Numbered from the stretch's first letter, positions 1 through 13,485 are shown. The stretch: 64,000 nucleotides of DNA from Eledone cirrhosa (GCA_964016885.1 OZ024743.1:50902001-50966000); one strand, 5' to 3'. Numbers and translations: made by a program. The notes: generated from the letters alone by a model not told the origin.

Positions 1-349
1 TATTGTGGAACGGGAGGATAAAGGATGATAGGATGTTACAAAATCCTTTAACCATGCAGGTCTCCTGGTCACTCAGCGCATGACTTTAAAATAATTTATA
101 TTTAAATCTAAATGGTGACATTATTTTTATTAATAAACAACCAATCTTATATCTACCATCAGATGGCATGTAAGAGGGTTGACGACACGGAAATAGGTTG
201 GGGGCGAGCTAAAACAGAGAAATGAAATCTGTGTTTGTGAGGAAATGTATGTAAGATGTTGAGATGAATGTTGTGTGTGTGTAAACATTTAAAACAGTAA
301 TGCATGTGTATGTATGTATACATATGTATGTGTATATATATATATATAT

Positions 350-468
350 ATCATCATCATCATCATCACCGTTTTACGTCCGTTCTTCCACGCTAGCATG
401 GGTTAGACGGGTTGTCCTGTTGTGGGCAGTGTCCGGTCGGCTGACCATGCCGTGCTCATATGGGAACT
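350..468 (-). mobile_element. RTE LINE/SINE 3' tail fragment
   Basis: Reverse complement of the recurrent 3' end acaacccgtctaacccatgctagcgtggaagaacggacgtaaaacggtga(tga)n; abuts (TA)n. Confidence 0.75.
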
Positions 469-566
469 AATATGTATATATGTGTGTCCCGAGTTCAATC
501 GGGGGTAACCACAGTAAGTCAGGTACTCAATACATAGCAGAGTATAAATATTTAATATATAAATGA

Positions 567-613
567 CTTCTACAGGACTAGAACTGTTTCATTCGAAGCT
601 AATCATCAGGAAA
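567..613 (-). ncRNA. Putative minimal type I hammerhead ribozyme
   Basis: Minus strand tttc-CTGATGA-ttagcttcgaat-GAAAC-agttctagtcctG-TA-gaag; 4-bp stem I, short stem III, weak stem II. Confidence 0.4.
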
Positions 614-937
614 GCTGACTGTCAATGTGATATGGTGGTATTTGTGTGTGTGTGTGTGTGTGTTTGATTGTACAGACCTTACCATTTGCAGACTTGACCA
701 TCCTTTAACATGTTAATACAGCCACTTCATGAAAACCCTTTTTTTTACTTAGAATAAATGAACCTTGAAAACTAGGAGTGCCTGTATTTGTATCATTCTG
801 TATTTTTCTCTAAATATAGTTTTTCAAAGAATCCCCATTCTTTAAATCCATCAGCCAACGACCTCCACCCATCCCAATCACCCCCGTCCCCTACAACCAG
901 AAAATGTATAAATACCACCATAACACATTGACAGTCA

Positions 938-987
938 GCTTCTCTGATGATTTCCCTCAAATGAAACAGTTCTAGTTCTGTAGAAGC
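938..987 (+). ncRNA. Putative minimal type I hammerhead ribozyme (second copy)
   Basis: gcttct-CTGATGA-tttccctcaaat-GAAAC-agttctagttctG-TA-gaagc; stem I needs a 1-nt bulge. Confidence 0.35.
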
Positions 988-1561
988 CATTTCTATATTA
1001 AATATATATATATATATATAGCCAGGGAGTGTAACAATTCTGTTACACCCAACAGCAGAGGTCCGACGAGCTTTTGATTCCAGGGTCGGGCAAGATCGAT
1101 ACAGATCGAACCTTGAGCTGATCAATAGCAAAACACCACGCCACCAATCAATAAACGTAATGAAGGCGTAACAAATCATCCTTGTATTATTATATTATAT
1201 ATATATATATACACATATATGTATGCATAGTGTGTGTATACGCATGCATGATGTTTGTGTTTTGTGTGAGTCTGTATGTAGTTAACATTTATTCATTTGC
1301 AACATTGAATAGAAGAATAATGGATTACAAGAATGCACACACAAACACACACACACATATGCACACACTGATTTATGTACATCGTTGAGAAGTTATTGTT
1401 CATGATTTGAGTGATATATGAATATATATATATCATATATATTACATACATATATACAGATATATATGTGTATGTGAGATTTTCCTGCTAGCAAGGGTTA
1501 TGTGTGTGTAAGGTCTGACCAAGGGCTCAAATGCAACATCAGCATGTATATATATATATAT

Positions 1562-1890
1562 GAAGGTGCATGGCTTAGTGGTTAGAGCATCGGGCTTACA
1601 ATCCTGAGGTTGTGAGTTCAACTCTTGATTGGGTCTTTGCATTGAGTTCTTGAGCAAAACATTTTATTTCACGTTGCTCCAGTTTACTTAGCTGTTGAAA
1701 TGAGTTTATCCAGCTACGGGTTAAATAGCCTCACCAACCCTGCAATTGGCCCAGTGTGGTGAGTACAGCTACACCTCTGACATGACCACCCCAAATAGGG
1801 GTTGAATGGCTACACATCTGACATGACCAAAACAGTGGAGGTTAATCAGGGAGGGATCCCTCTCATAAGAGTGAAAAGGCTCTGGATTGA
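1562..1890 (+). mobile_element. tRNA-derived CORE-like SINE with non-RTE tail
   Basis: A box tggcttagtggttagagc, B box gagttcaactc, core ttgagcaaaacattttatttcacgttgctccagtttacttagctg. Confidence 0.7.
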
Positions 1891-2078
1891 ATATATATAT
1901 ATATAGCAACCAAATCTCTTTTGAATTACACTTTTGTGTTTTAAAAGCAAGAACACATTGTGGGACAGGGTACACTCTCTTTTGGAACAGAACAGGATCG
2001 TTATGGTGGGAATGTCTTTCATCATATGCCTACTTAGTCAGATCTGACCTAGATTGAACAATACCAGTGTGTGTGTGT

Positions 2079-4424
2079 ATCATCATCATCAATTAACGTC
2101 TATCTTCCACGCTAGCATGGGTTAGACGGGTCCCATTTAGAGGGAAGTTTGGTCAGGTGGCTGTTTCTCGCTGGTTTTCTATGGCTGGATGCCCTTCCTA
2201 ATGCCAACCACATTGACAGTGTGTGCTGGGTGCCTTTTGCTGTGTCTTTTACACATCCACTTTACAGTGCGGGCTGGGATGTGGGGCATACTGTACACAT
2301 GCTTCAGCTTGAGCTCATGGAAAGTCGGGTGTCTTCCGTATTACTGCATATTGCCAGAGATCCCGGTCATGTGTCATTGCCTTTGAGAGGTACAATTGGG
2401 CAAGGTCAGCTTTTATCACCTCATCCCAGGTCTTCCTGGGTCTCTCCATTCCAAGGCTTCCAATGTCTTTGAGTGTTCTGCACATTTTTATGCAGCTGTC
2501 ATTCATACGCAACACATATCCATACCAATGCAACCTCCTCTCCTGCAGACAGTATTTGATTCCTCTTATCCCTAGTTTCTCTCTCAGTTCATTTATGCTT
2601 TGCCGTTCTCATTACTATTACACATCTATCAGAGCATGCAAGCTTCATTTCTTTCCAATCTACACAAGTCTTCCACACACAGTGCCCAAATCTCACTACC
2701 ATGTAACATAGCTGTACATACGCACGCATCATACAGTCTGCCTTTCATTCTGAGGAAGAAGCCTTCTGTAGCCAGCAGTGGTAGTAGCTCCCTGAACTCC
2801 CTCCATTCAATTCTTACTCTGGCTACTGTACTTTCAGAACACCCACCACCACTGCTAATTCAGTCACCTAGGCAGCAGAAGCTGTCTACTGTTTCTACAG
2901 AGCCCTCCTAGAATTTGGTAGTGCTTGTTTCCTGCGGTCGTTTGCTGCTTACTGTCCCAGTACAGCTGCTACATGTAAAGCCTACATTCTTAGCTAAACT
3001 TCCTGAGATCCCACTACATCTCTTGTGTACCCACATTTTGCATTTGGGGCAGAGGATGGAATTTCTACCAACACATTTCCTACATACTGAACAGAGCCAT
3101 TTCCCTGAGGGGATTTGGGATCTGTTTTCTCTTCTACTTACTACGACCTTAGTTTTTGTTAGGTTGACTTTAAGACCCTTTCTTTCTAGGCCCTGCTTCT
3201 ATATTTGGAATTTCTTCTCTAGTTCCACCATGAATTCAGCTATGAGCATAAGATCATCCAGGTACAGAAGTTCCCATGGGCAACCGGTCTTAAACTCCTC
3301 TGTAATAACCTGCAAAACAATAATAAACAGGAGAGGGCTAAGGACAGAGTCCAGGTGGACACCAACCTGTACGCTAAATTTCTTGCTATAGTCATTGTTA
3401 ATCCTAACTTTGCTGACTGCCCCTCTTTATATGAGTTGTACTGCCTTCACAAGCCAGTCATCTACTCCTAGTTTTCTAAGAGCCCACCAGATTATAGCAC
3501 GAGGCACTCTGTCAAAAGCTCTCTCCAGATCAACAAATGTCAGGTAGAGAGGCTTACTTTTACCTAGATACTTTTCCTGTAGCTGTTTCACAAGAAAGAG
3601 GGTATCTGTGGTGCTTTTACCTGGCAGGAACCCACACTGCATCTCATCTAGATTTACCCGGTCCCTAATCAACTGTGCTATGACTCTGTTGCTTTCATTA
3701 CCTGGTCCATCAGTTTTATACCTCTATCTAGCGCATCCTCTTTACCCTTGTAGCAGATGACAATGATGCTGCTGTACCACTCATGTGGTATACCAATGCT
3801 GCTGCACCACTCATGTGGTATACCAATGCTGCTGCACCATTCATGTGGTATAACAATGATGCTGTACCACTCATGTGGTATAACAATGCTGCTGCACCAC
3901 TCATGTGGTATTACAATGCTGCTGTACCACTCATGTGGTATGGCAATGCTGCTGTACCACTCATGTGGTATAACAATGCTGCTACACCACTCATGTGGTA
4001 TAACAATGCTGCTACACCACTCATGTGGTATAACAATGCTGCTGCACCATTCATGTGGTATAACAATGATACTGTACCACTCATGTGGTATAACAATGCT
4101 GCTGCACCATTCATGTGGTATAACAATGCTGCTGCACCATTCATGTGGTATAACAATGATACTGTACCACTCATGTGGTATAACAATGCTGCTGTACCAC
4201 TCATGTGGTATGACAATGCTGCTGTACCACTCATGTGGTATGACAATGCTGCTACACCACTCATGTGGTATGACAATGCTGCTGCATCACTCATGTGGTA
4301 TGACAATGTTGCTGTACCACTCATGTGGTATAACAATGCTGCTACACCACTCATGTGGTATAACAATGCTGCTGCACCACTCATGTGGTGTGACGCCATC
4401 TAGTGTTACTTGGTTTACAATATT
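2079..4424 (-). mobile_element. Decayed RTE-clade LINE (RT region to 3' end)
   Basis: ORF pieces QCGFLPGKSTTD..DLERAFDRVPR and WYGYVLRM..RPRKTWDEVI; (gat)n tail; stops and frameshifts. Confidence 0.9.
3758..4390. repeat. 30-bp minisatellite (~21 units, some 27 bp) inside RTE ORF2
   Basis: Unit tcatgtggtataacaatgctgctgcaccac; RTE coding sequence continues on both sides. Confidence 0.95.
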
Positions 4425-4456
4425 ATGAGAGATATTTATTAAACTAACCACACTTA

Positions 4457-7400
4457 CATGTACCCTGGTAACAAGATATACTGAACCAGTGAGGGGACAA
4501 CATGTACCCTGGTAACAAGATATACTGAACCAGTGAGGGGACAACATGTACCCTGGTAACAAGATATACTGAACCAGTGAGGGGACAACATGTACCATAG
4601 TGACAAGATATACTGAACCAGTGAGGGGACAACATGTACCATAGTGACAAGATATACTGAACCAGTGAGGGGACAACATGTGCCATAGTGACAAGATATA
4701 CTGAGCCAGTGAGGGGACAACATGTACCATAGTGACAAGATATACTGAACCAGTGAGGGGACAACATGTGCCATAGTGACAAGATATACTGAACCAGTGA
4801 GGGGACAACATGTACCATAGTGACAAGATATACTGAGCCAGTGAGGGGACAACATGTACCATAGTGACAAGATATACTGAACCAGTGAGGGGACAACATG
4901 TGCCATAGTGACAAGATATACTGAACCAGTAAGGGGACAACATGTACCATAGTGACAAGATATACTGAACCAGTGAGGGGACAACATGTGCCATAGTGAC
5001 AAGATATACTGAACCAGTAAGGGGACAACATGTGCCATAGTGACAAGATATACTGAACCAGTGAGGGGACAACATGTACCATAGTGACAAGATATACTGA
5101 GCCAGTGAGGGGACAACATGTACCATAGTGACAAGATATACTGAGCCAGTGAGGGGACAACATGTACCATAGTGACAAGATATACTGAACCAGTGAGGGG
5201 ACAACATGTGCCCTGGTGACAAGATATACTGAACCAGTGAGGGGACAACATGTACCATAGTGACAAGATATACTGAACCAGTGAGGGGACAACATGTACC
5301 ATAGTGACAAGATATACTGAACCAGTGAGGGGACAACATGTGCCCTGGTGACAAGATATACTGAGCCAGTGAGGGGACAACATGTACCATAGTGACAAGA
5401 TATACTGAACCAGTGAGGGGACAACATGTGCCATAGTGACAAGATATACTGAACCAGTGAGGGGACAACATGTACCATAGTGACAAGATATACTGAGCCA
5501 GTGAGGGGACAACATGTACCATAGTGACAAGATATACTGAACCAGTGAGGGGACAACATGTGCCATAGTGACAAGATATACTGAACCAGTAAGGGGACAA
5601 CATGTGCCATAGTGACAAGATATACTGAGCCAGTGAGGGGACAACATGTGCCATAGTGACAAGATATACTGAACCAGTGAGGGGACAACATGTACCATAG
5701 TGACAAGATATACTGAACCAGTGAGGGGACAACATGTGCCATAGTGACAAGATATACTGAACCAGTGAGGGGACAACATGTGCCCTGGTGACAAGATATA
5801 CTGAGCCAGTGAGGGGACAACATGTACCATAGTGACAAGATATACTGAACCAGTGAGGGGACAACGTGCCATAGTGATAAGATATACTGAACCAGTAAGG
5901 GGACAACATGTGCCATAGTGACAAGATATACTGAACCAGTGAGGGGACAACATGTGCCCTGGTGACAAGATATACTGAACCAGTGAGGGGACAACATGTG
6001 CCATAGTGACAAGATATACTGAACCAGTGAGTGGACAACATGTGCCATAGTGACAAGATATACTGAACCAGTGAGGGGACAACATGTGCCCTGGTGACAA
6101 GATATACTGAGCCAGTGAGGGGACAACATGTGCCCTGGTAACAAGATATACTGAACCAGTGAGGGGACAACATGTGCCATAGTGACAAGATATACTGAAC
6201 CAGTGAGGGGACAACATGTACCATAGTGACAAGATATACTGAACCAGTGAGGGGACAACATGTGCCATAGTGACAAGATATACTGAACCAGTGAGGGAAC
6301 ATGTGCCATAGTGACAAGATATACTGAACCAGTGAGGGGACAACATGTGCCATAGTGACAAGATATACTGAACCAGTGAGGGGACAACATGTACCCTGGT
6401 GACAAGATATACTGAACCAGTGAGGGGATATGTGCCATAGTGACAAGATATACTGAACCAGTGAGGGGACAACATGTGCCATAGTGACAAGATATACTGA
6501 ACCAGTGAGGGGACAACATGTGCCATAGTGACAAGATATACTGAACCAGTGAGGGGACAACATGTGCCATAGTGACAAGATATACTGAACCAGTGAGGGG
6601 ACAACATGTACCCTGGTGACAAGATATACTGAACCAGTGAGGGGATATGTGCCATAGTGACAAGATATACTGAACCAGTGAGGGGACAACATGTGCCATA
6701 GTGACAAGATATACTGAACCAGTGAGGGGACAACATGTGCCATAGTGACAAGATATACTGAACCAGTGAGGGGACAACATGTGCCCTGGTGACAAGATAT
6801 ACTGAGCCAGTGAGGGGACAACATGTACCATAGTGACAAGATATACTGAACCAGTGAGGGGACAACATGTGCCATAGTGACAAGATATACTGAACCAGTG
6901 AGGGAACATGTGCCATAGTGACAAGATATACTGAACCAGTAAGGGGACAACATGTGCCATAGTGACAAGATATACTGAACCAGTGAGGGGACAACATGTG
7001 CCATAGTGACAAGATATACTGAACCAGTGAGGGGACAACATGTGCCATAGTGACAAGATATACTGAACTAGTGATGGGACAACATGTGCCATAGTGACAA
7101 GATATACTGAACCAGTAAGAGGACAACATGTGCCATAGTGACAAGATATACTGAGCCAGTGAGGGGACAACATGTACCCTGGTGACAAGATATACTGAAC
7201 CAGTGAGGGGACATGTGCCATAGTGACAAGATATACTGAACCAGTGAGGGAACATGTGCCATAGTGACAAGATATACTGAACCAGTGAGGGGGCAACATG
7301 TGCCATAGTGACAAGATATACTGAACTAGTGATGGGACAACATGTGCCATAGTGACAAGATATACTGAACCAGTAAGAGGACAACATGTGCCATAGTGAC

Positions 7401-7621
7401 AAGATATACTGAGCCAGTAAGGGGACAACATGTACCCTGGTGACAAGATATACTGAACCAGTGAGGGGACATGTGCCATAGTGACAAGATATACTGAACC
7501 AGTGAGGGGGCAACATGTGCCCTGGTAACAAGATATACTGAACTAGTGAGGGGACAACATGTACCCTGGTGACAAGATATACTGAACCAGTGAGGGGACA
7601 TGTGCCATAGTGACAAGATAT
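4457..7621. repeat. 44-bp minisatellite, ~72 units
   Basis: Unit catgtgccatagtgacaagatatactgaaccagtgaggggacaa; period read directly (4501 to 4545). Confidence 0.97.
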
Positions 7622-7997
7622 AATGAGGCAAGCATGCTCCGTTGGATGTGCAGTGTCAATGTGCGTGAACAACCCAGCATGAATGTGTTGAGAGAGAAAC
7701 TGTGTCTGAGAGGGATAGAATGTAGTGTACGGGAGAGGAGACTGAGGTGGTATGGACATGTGATGCGCATGGAGGATGACCGATGGTAAAGAAGTGTCAG
7801 GAAATGCCAGTTGAAGGAAGACGTGGTAGAGGTAGACCACGAAAAACATGGGCGGAAGTGGTGAGAACAGACCTCAGATCACTGAAGCTCACGGTGGAGA
7901 TGACGAAGGACCGTGACAAGTGGAGAGATGCTGTGCTGAATAAGACCCGTCCCACCCTTGCAAGCAGGGAAGAGCGGACGTAAAATGATAATGATGA

Positions 7998-8000
<3 letters not shown>
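7622..8000 (+). mobile_element. RTE 3' fragment (family with cccacccttgcaagcaggg tail)
   Basis: Translates as NEASMLRWMC..RERRLRWYGHVMRM..GRGRPRKTW; ends (gat)n then (TA)n. Confidence 0.9.
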
Positions 8001-8073
<73 letters not shown>

Positions 8074-8120
8074 TAAATGTTAAATCTATGTCAACTATTG
8101 TTTATCTTATCTGTCTACAG

Positions 8121-8166
8121 ATATGAAATTAGTTATAACTATGCCAAGGACTTGTTAAAGTTCTGA
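8121..8166 (+). CDS. Candidate terminal coding exon of an unidentified host gene (..YEISYNYAKDLLKF*)
   Basis: Pyrimidine-rich acceptor ttatcttatctgtctacag, 14 codons then TGA, followed by unique sequence; AATAAA near 9229; no upstream exon found. Confidence 0.3.
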
Positions 8167-8399
8167 CCTGTTGGCCTCTAAAGATCTTTAATAGATCCTG
8201 ATTGACCTCCGCTACTGTCACTGTTCATAACCCAGATAAACCACTTGATTTTCTTTATGACATTGCAGAGTGTCTTCATATCATGCAATGTCATGGACAG
8301 AAAGGAAGCTAAGGAGTGGGAGTGGGTATTAACTTGAAGTGTTTTGTTGTTATGTTAGGTCATTGACTCCATTTTAGAGGTGTCACATTTAACAATCCT

Positions 8400-9088
8400 A
8401 CCATTACCACCACCACAAAAACCAACAAAACCACCACCACAAATACCATCAACACCACTACCACCAAACCACTACCACTACACCATTACCACTACCACTA
8501 CAACCAAGACCACCACCACAAAAGCAACCAATACCATCAACACCACTACCACCAAACCGCTATCACTACACCATTACCACTACCACTACAACCAAGACCA
8601 CCACCACAAAAGCAACCAATGCCATCAACACCACTACCACCAAACCGCTACCACTACACCATTACCACTACCACTACAACCAAGACCACTACCACAAAAG
8701 CAACCAATGCCATCAACACCACTACCACCAAACCGCTACCACTACACCATTACCACTACCACTACACAATTACCACTACCACTACATCATTACCACTACC
8801 ACTACACATTACCACTACCACTACACAATTACCACTACCACTACATCATTACCACCAAACCACTACCACTACACCATTACCACTACCACTACACAATTAC
8901 CACTACCACTACATCATTACCACTACCACTACACATTACCACTACCACTACACAATTACCACTACCACTACATCATTACCACCAAACCACTACCACTACA
9001 CCATTACCACTACCACTACACCATTACCACTACCACTACATCATTACCACCAAACCACTACCACTACACCATTACCACTACCACCACA
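8400..9088. repeat. (ACC/ACT)-rich degenerate trinucleotide repeat
   Basis: accactacc/cattacc reiterations. Confidence 0.9.
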
Positions 9089-9511
9089 AATGTTATACTT
9101 GTATGTGCTTGATTTTAACATCATCATCACTGTTATCAATATTATTACAATTACTGGTCTGTGTCAGTATGGATTTGATAAGTATATACAACTGGAATAA
9201 GGTTATATAGGAGGTTTCTTGGTTGTTTTAATAAAGAGCCTTGGTCTTATCATGTTGCCGTGTTACACCTATGTAGGTTTAACTGGCTTATGAGGTTTTA
9301 TCTCATTGGTTTCTTGGTTAATAGAGTCTACAGTCATCATCATTTAACGTCCCGTACTGAAATGAGGCCACTAACCTCCCAGACAGGGTTTTATCGTGAA
9401 ATGAAGTGCCTTACTCGTGAACACATGCTGTCCAATCCAAGAATTGAATCAATAACCTTTAGAATCATGAGTTCAATATCCTAACCACTTGCCTACTTGC
9501 CTTCACAAACC

Positions 9512-9618
9512 CTTTCATATATTTCTAATGGAAAACATTGCCTATGAAACCATAGGCAATGTCTTTCATTACTATATTTCTAATGAAAGACATTGCCTAT
9601 GAAACCTTAGGCAATGTC
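9512..9618. repeat. Nested inverted/direct repeat (foldback)
   Basis: acattgcctatg-aaac-cataggcaatgt hairpin occurs twice (second copy one mismatch); a 21-bp perfect inverted repeat spans ctatatttc. Confidence 0.85.
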
Positions 9619-10192
9619 AATACCACAACTTCCTGACATCCAAAGTGTGCTCAAATTATTTGTGAATGTGCTAGAGAAAAGATTATATTGTTCAGTGGCC
9701 ATTACTGACCATGTAATATGGGGAGTGTTGTTGTTGTGTTCAGTGTGTGTTGTTGTGGTGGTGTTGTTATGGTGTATGTGTTGTTGTGTGTGTTGTTATG
9801 GTGTATGTGTATGTGTTGTTGAATGTATGTATATGTTTTTTGAGTATCTGGTGTTTCAGTGTTATATCTATTAGTAACAGAGTATACAGGGTGGAGAGAG
9901 GGCGACAAAGAAGAGCTATAATGGAATAAATTGATGAAATCTAAAATAAATCAAAAAATCACAGACAAGTTGTAGAATCATGTCAACCTGTCAAACCATG
10001 AAGATACCATAGCCAGGTATGACATACCTGGGTACTGGAGGGGGAGTGGGGTAGATGACAATATCCAGGTGCTGTGTGTGTGTGTGTGGGGGGGGGGGCA
10101 TTTTTCAGTTCTGTAATGTAGTAAGTCATAACAACCTAGGGGTACCATGTCTCCCCAGGTAAATCATGTATTTCTAGTGGGGCCCTGTCTCT

Positions 10193-10531
10193 CAGTGTAC
10201 CTCTTCTAAACCAGATATATACAGGGTCACAGTGTACCTCTTCTAAACCAGATATATACAGGGTCACAGTGTACCTCTTCTAAACCAGATATATACAGGG
10301 TCACAGTGTACCTCTTCTAAACCAGATATATATAGGGTCACGGTGTACCTCTTCTAAACCAGATATATACTGGGTCACAGTGTACCTCTTCTAAACCAGA
10401 TATACGGAGTCACAGTGTACCTCTTCTAAACCAGATATATACGGGGGTCACAGTGTACCTCTTCTAAACCAGATATATATGGGGGTCACAGTGTACCGCT
10501 TCTAAACCAGATATATACAGGGGTCACAGTA
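10193..10531. repeat. ~37-bp minisatellite, ~9 units
   Basis: cagtgtacctcttctaaaccagatatatacagggtca. Confidence 0.95.
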
Positions 10532-10950
10532 CATATTTTAAGCTAAATACCTACAACACAATCTACACTATCTGATTTATTGTTAATAAACCCTGAAGAT
10601 TTGAATTTAGACCTTGGTAATCCCCAAAAGCCTCTGTAGTTAGTTGAGAAGCTATGGAAGACTAAAATTTAAATATTGGCAATCTTTATTTAGGCAGCAA
10701 ATAGACAGAGTTCTGAGCACATCAAGTAGAATGCTTTACAGATATGTTCTAGCTCTGATCCTGGGTTCAAATCCCATTAAAATAAACTTTGCCTTTCATC
10801 CATTCAGGGTTAATAAATAAAGTACCAGTCTAGCAGGGATGATGTATTGGCAAAATTGTTAAAAGATACAGCTCTGTATGTTCTGATTTAAAATTCTGCT
10901 TGCTTCTGCCAAGAGTTGCAACCAATGGAAAGTATTAGCAATGGACAATA

Positions 10951-11085
10951 TTGTTTCTACTTTTGGCACAAGGCCAGCAATTATCCCAGTGTATTACTGG
11001 TGCTTTATTTTATCGACCCCCGTAAGGATGAAAGGCAAAATTAACCTCGGCGAGATTTGAACTCAGACCATAAAGGCCCATGGAT
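10951..11085 (-). mobile_element. Meta-domain-like SINE fragment
   Basis: Reverse complement of gagttcaaatctcgccgaggttaattttgcctttcatccttacggggtcgataaaataaag..tgccaaaagtagaaac; copies also near 40935, 45120, 45236, 45460, 51686, 62190. Confidence 0.7.
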
Positions 11086-11367
11086 AATATTACCAATGGA
11101 AACATTATTGCCTTGATTTGAGCTGTTGATCAGCTCCTTTCCTTTATTTCAACACAACTACATGTAGTCTATAGTTGAAGGGCTTCCTACTATACAAGGA
11201 CATAAAGAGAATGGTTGATATATCAATAAGTGGACAAGAGTGGGCCTAGTTTATCAGGATAATCTCATCTGAGGGATAGAAAAAGATAGGACGGTTATAG
11301 CTGGAACACATTTAAATATAGGTCTACTCAGAGTTGACTTGAGGCTAAACAATAGCATTAATAACAT

Positions 11368-13052
11368 GAACAACACTGTCACCACCACTATAAACAGCAT
11401 GAACAATACCATCACCAACACCACTACTACCACCACCAACAACACCACTACCACTACCAACACACCACTAACACTACCACCACCAACACCACCACTACCA
11501 CTATCAACACACCACTACCACCACCAACAACACCACTACCATCAACATAACCAACACTACCACCAACACCATCACCAGCACCACTACCATCATCACCACC
11601 ACCACTACCACCAACACCACCAATACCATCACCAGCACCACTACCACCAACATAACCAACACCACCAGTACCACCAACAGCACCAACACCAGCACCACTA
11701 CCATTATCATAACCAACAACACCACCACTACCACCAACATAACCACCACTACCATCACCAACACCATCACTACCATCATCATAACCACCAACACCATCAC
11801 CAGCACCACTACCATCATCACCACCAGCATAACCAACAACACTACCATTACCACCACCAATACTATCACCAACACAACAACAACACCACCACTACCACCA
11901 CCGATACCATCACCAACACCATTACCACCAACAACACCACTACCACCACCAACACCATCACCAGCAACACCACTACCACCAACATAACAACAACACCAAC
12001 AATACCATCACCAGCACCACTACCACCAACACCACCACTACCAACACCATCACCACCACCAATACCATCACCAACACCATCACCAGCACCACTACCACCA
12101 ACACCACCAATACCATCACCAGCACCACTACCACCAACATAACCAACACCACCAGTACCACCAACAGCACCAACACCATCACCATCACCAGCACCACTAC
12201 CATTATCATAACCAACAAAACCACCACTACCACCAACATAACCACCACTACCATCACCAACACCATCACCAACACCATCACTACCATCATCATAACCACC
12301 AACACCACTAACACCATCACCAGCACCACTACCACCAACATAACCACCACTACCATCACCAACACCACCACTACCACCAACAACACCACTACCACCACCA
12401 ACACCGTCACCAACAACACCACTACCACCACCAGCACCATCACCAACAACACCACTACCATCACCAACACCACTACCAACACCATCACCATCACCACTAC
12501 CACCACCAACACCATCACCAACAACACCACTACCACCAACAACACCACTACCACCACCATCACCATCACCAACAACACCACTACCACCACCAACACCACT
12601 ACCACCACCAACACCACTACCACCACCAACACCATCACCACTACCACCACCAACACCATCACCAACAACACCACTACCACCACCAACACCACTACCACCA
12701 CCAACACCATCACCAACAACACTACTACCACCAACACCATCACCAACAACACCACTACCACCACTAATACCATCACCAACAACACCAATACCATCACCAA
12801 CACCACTACCACCACCAACACCATCACCACCAACACCATCACCAGCGCCACTACTATCATCACCACCACTACCACCACCAACACCACTACCACCACCAAC
12901 ACCACTACCACCAACACCACTACCACCACCAACACCATCACCAACACCACCATCACCAGCGCCACTACTATCATCACCACCACCACCACCAACAACACCA
13001 CTACCACCACCAACACCATCACCAGTGCTACTGCCATCATCACCACCATCAC
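11368..13052. repeat. (ACC/AAC/ATC)n degenerate trinucleotide array
   Basis: About 1.7 kb of cac/acc triplets. Confidence 0.92.
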
Positions 13053-13320
13053 CTATAAGGAGGCATGCTACATATAGCTGTCTTATGCAGTCAGTGTGCA
13101 ACTGGCAATGTAGTGTCTACATGAATCAGGTCAGTACCACTGACAGACATACACACACACAGACACATGCACATACACACACACAGATAGACACGCGCAC
13201 ATACACACACAGACACAGACAGATTCACACATACAGAACTTTCACTGCAAGTTTTCTCCTCCTCCACCTAGTTGTTGTTATGATATAGCAAGCTTTTCTC
13301 TCTCTCCCTCTCTCTCTCTC

Positions 13321-13485
<165 letters not shown>

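Larger units (their letters stand above)
548..1005. repeat. ~96-bp inverted repeat pair (548-643 / 910-1005), Penelope-like terminal repeat with hammerhead-like core
   Basis: The reverse complement of 910-1005 aligns to 548-643; each copy carries CTGATGA..GAAAC..GTA. Confidence 0.7.

Noticed and set aside
4457-7621. CRISPR array (also considered for the 28-, 37-, 42- and 46-bp repeats)
   Set aside because: Units are head-to-tail with no unique spacers, there are no cas genes, and the context is eukaryotic.
4287-7849. 905, 1011 and 1131-aa ORFs as real proteins
   Set aside because: They are the three frames of a stop-free 44-bp tandem repeat.
8380-9210. Mucin/extensin-like ORFs
   Set aside because: Artefact of (ACC/ACT)n repeats.
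11339-13101. Gly-rich, His-rich or Pro-rich structural protein ORFs
   Set aside because: Trinucleotide low-complexity DNA is open in several frames on both strands, with no signal peptide or exon evidence.
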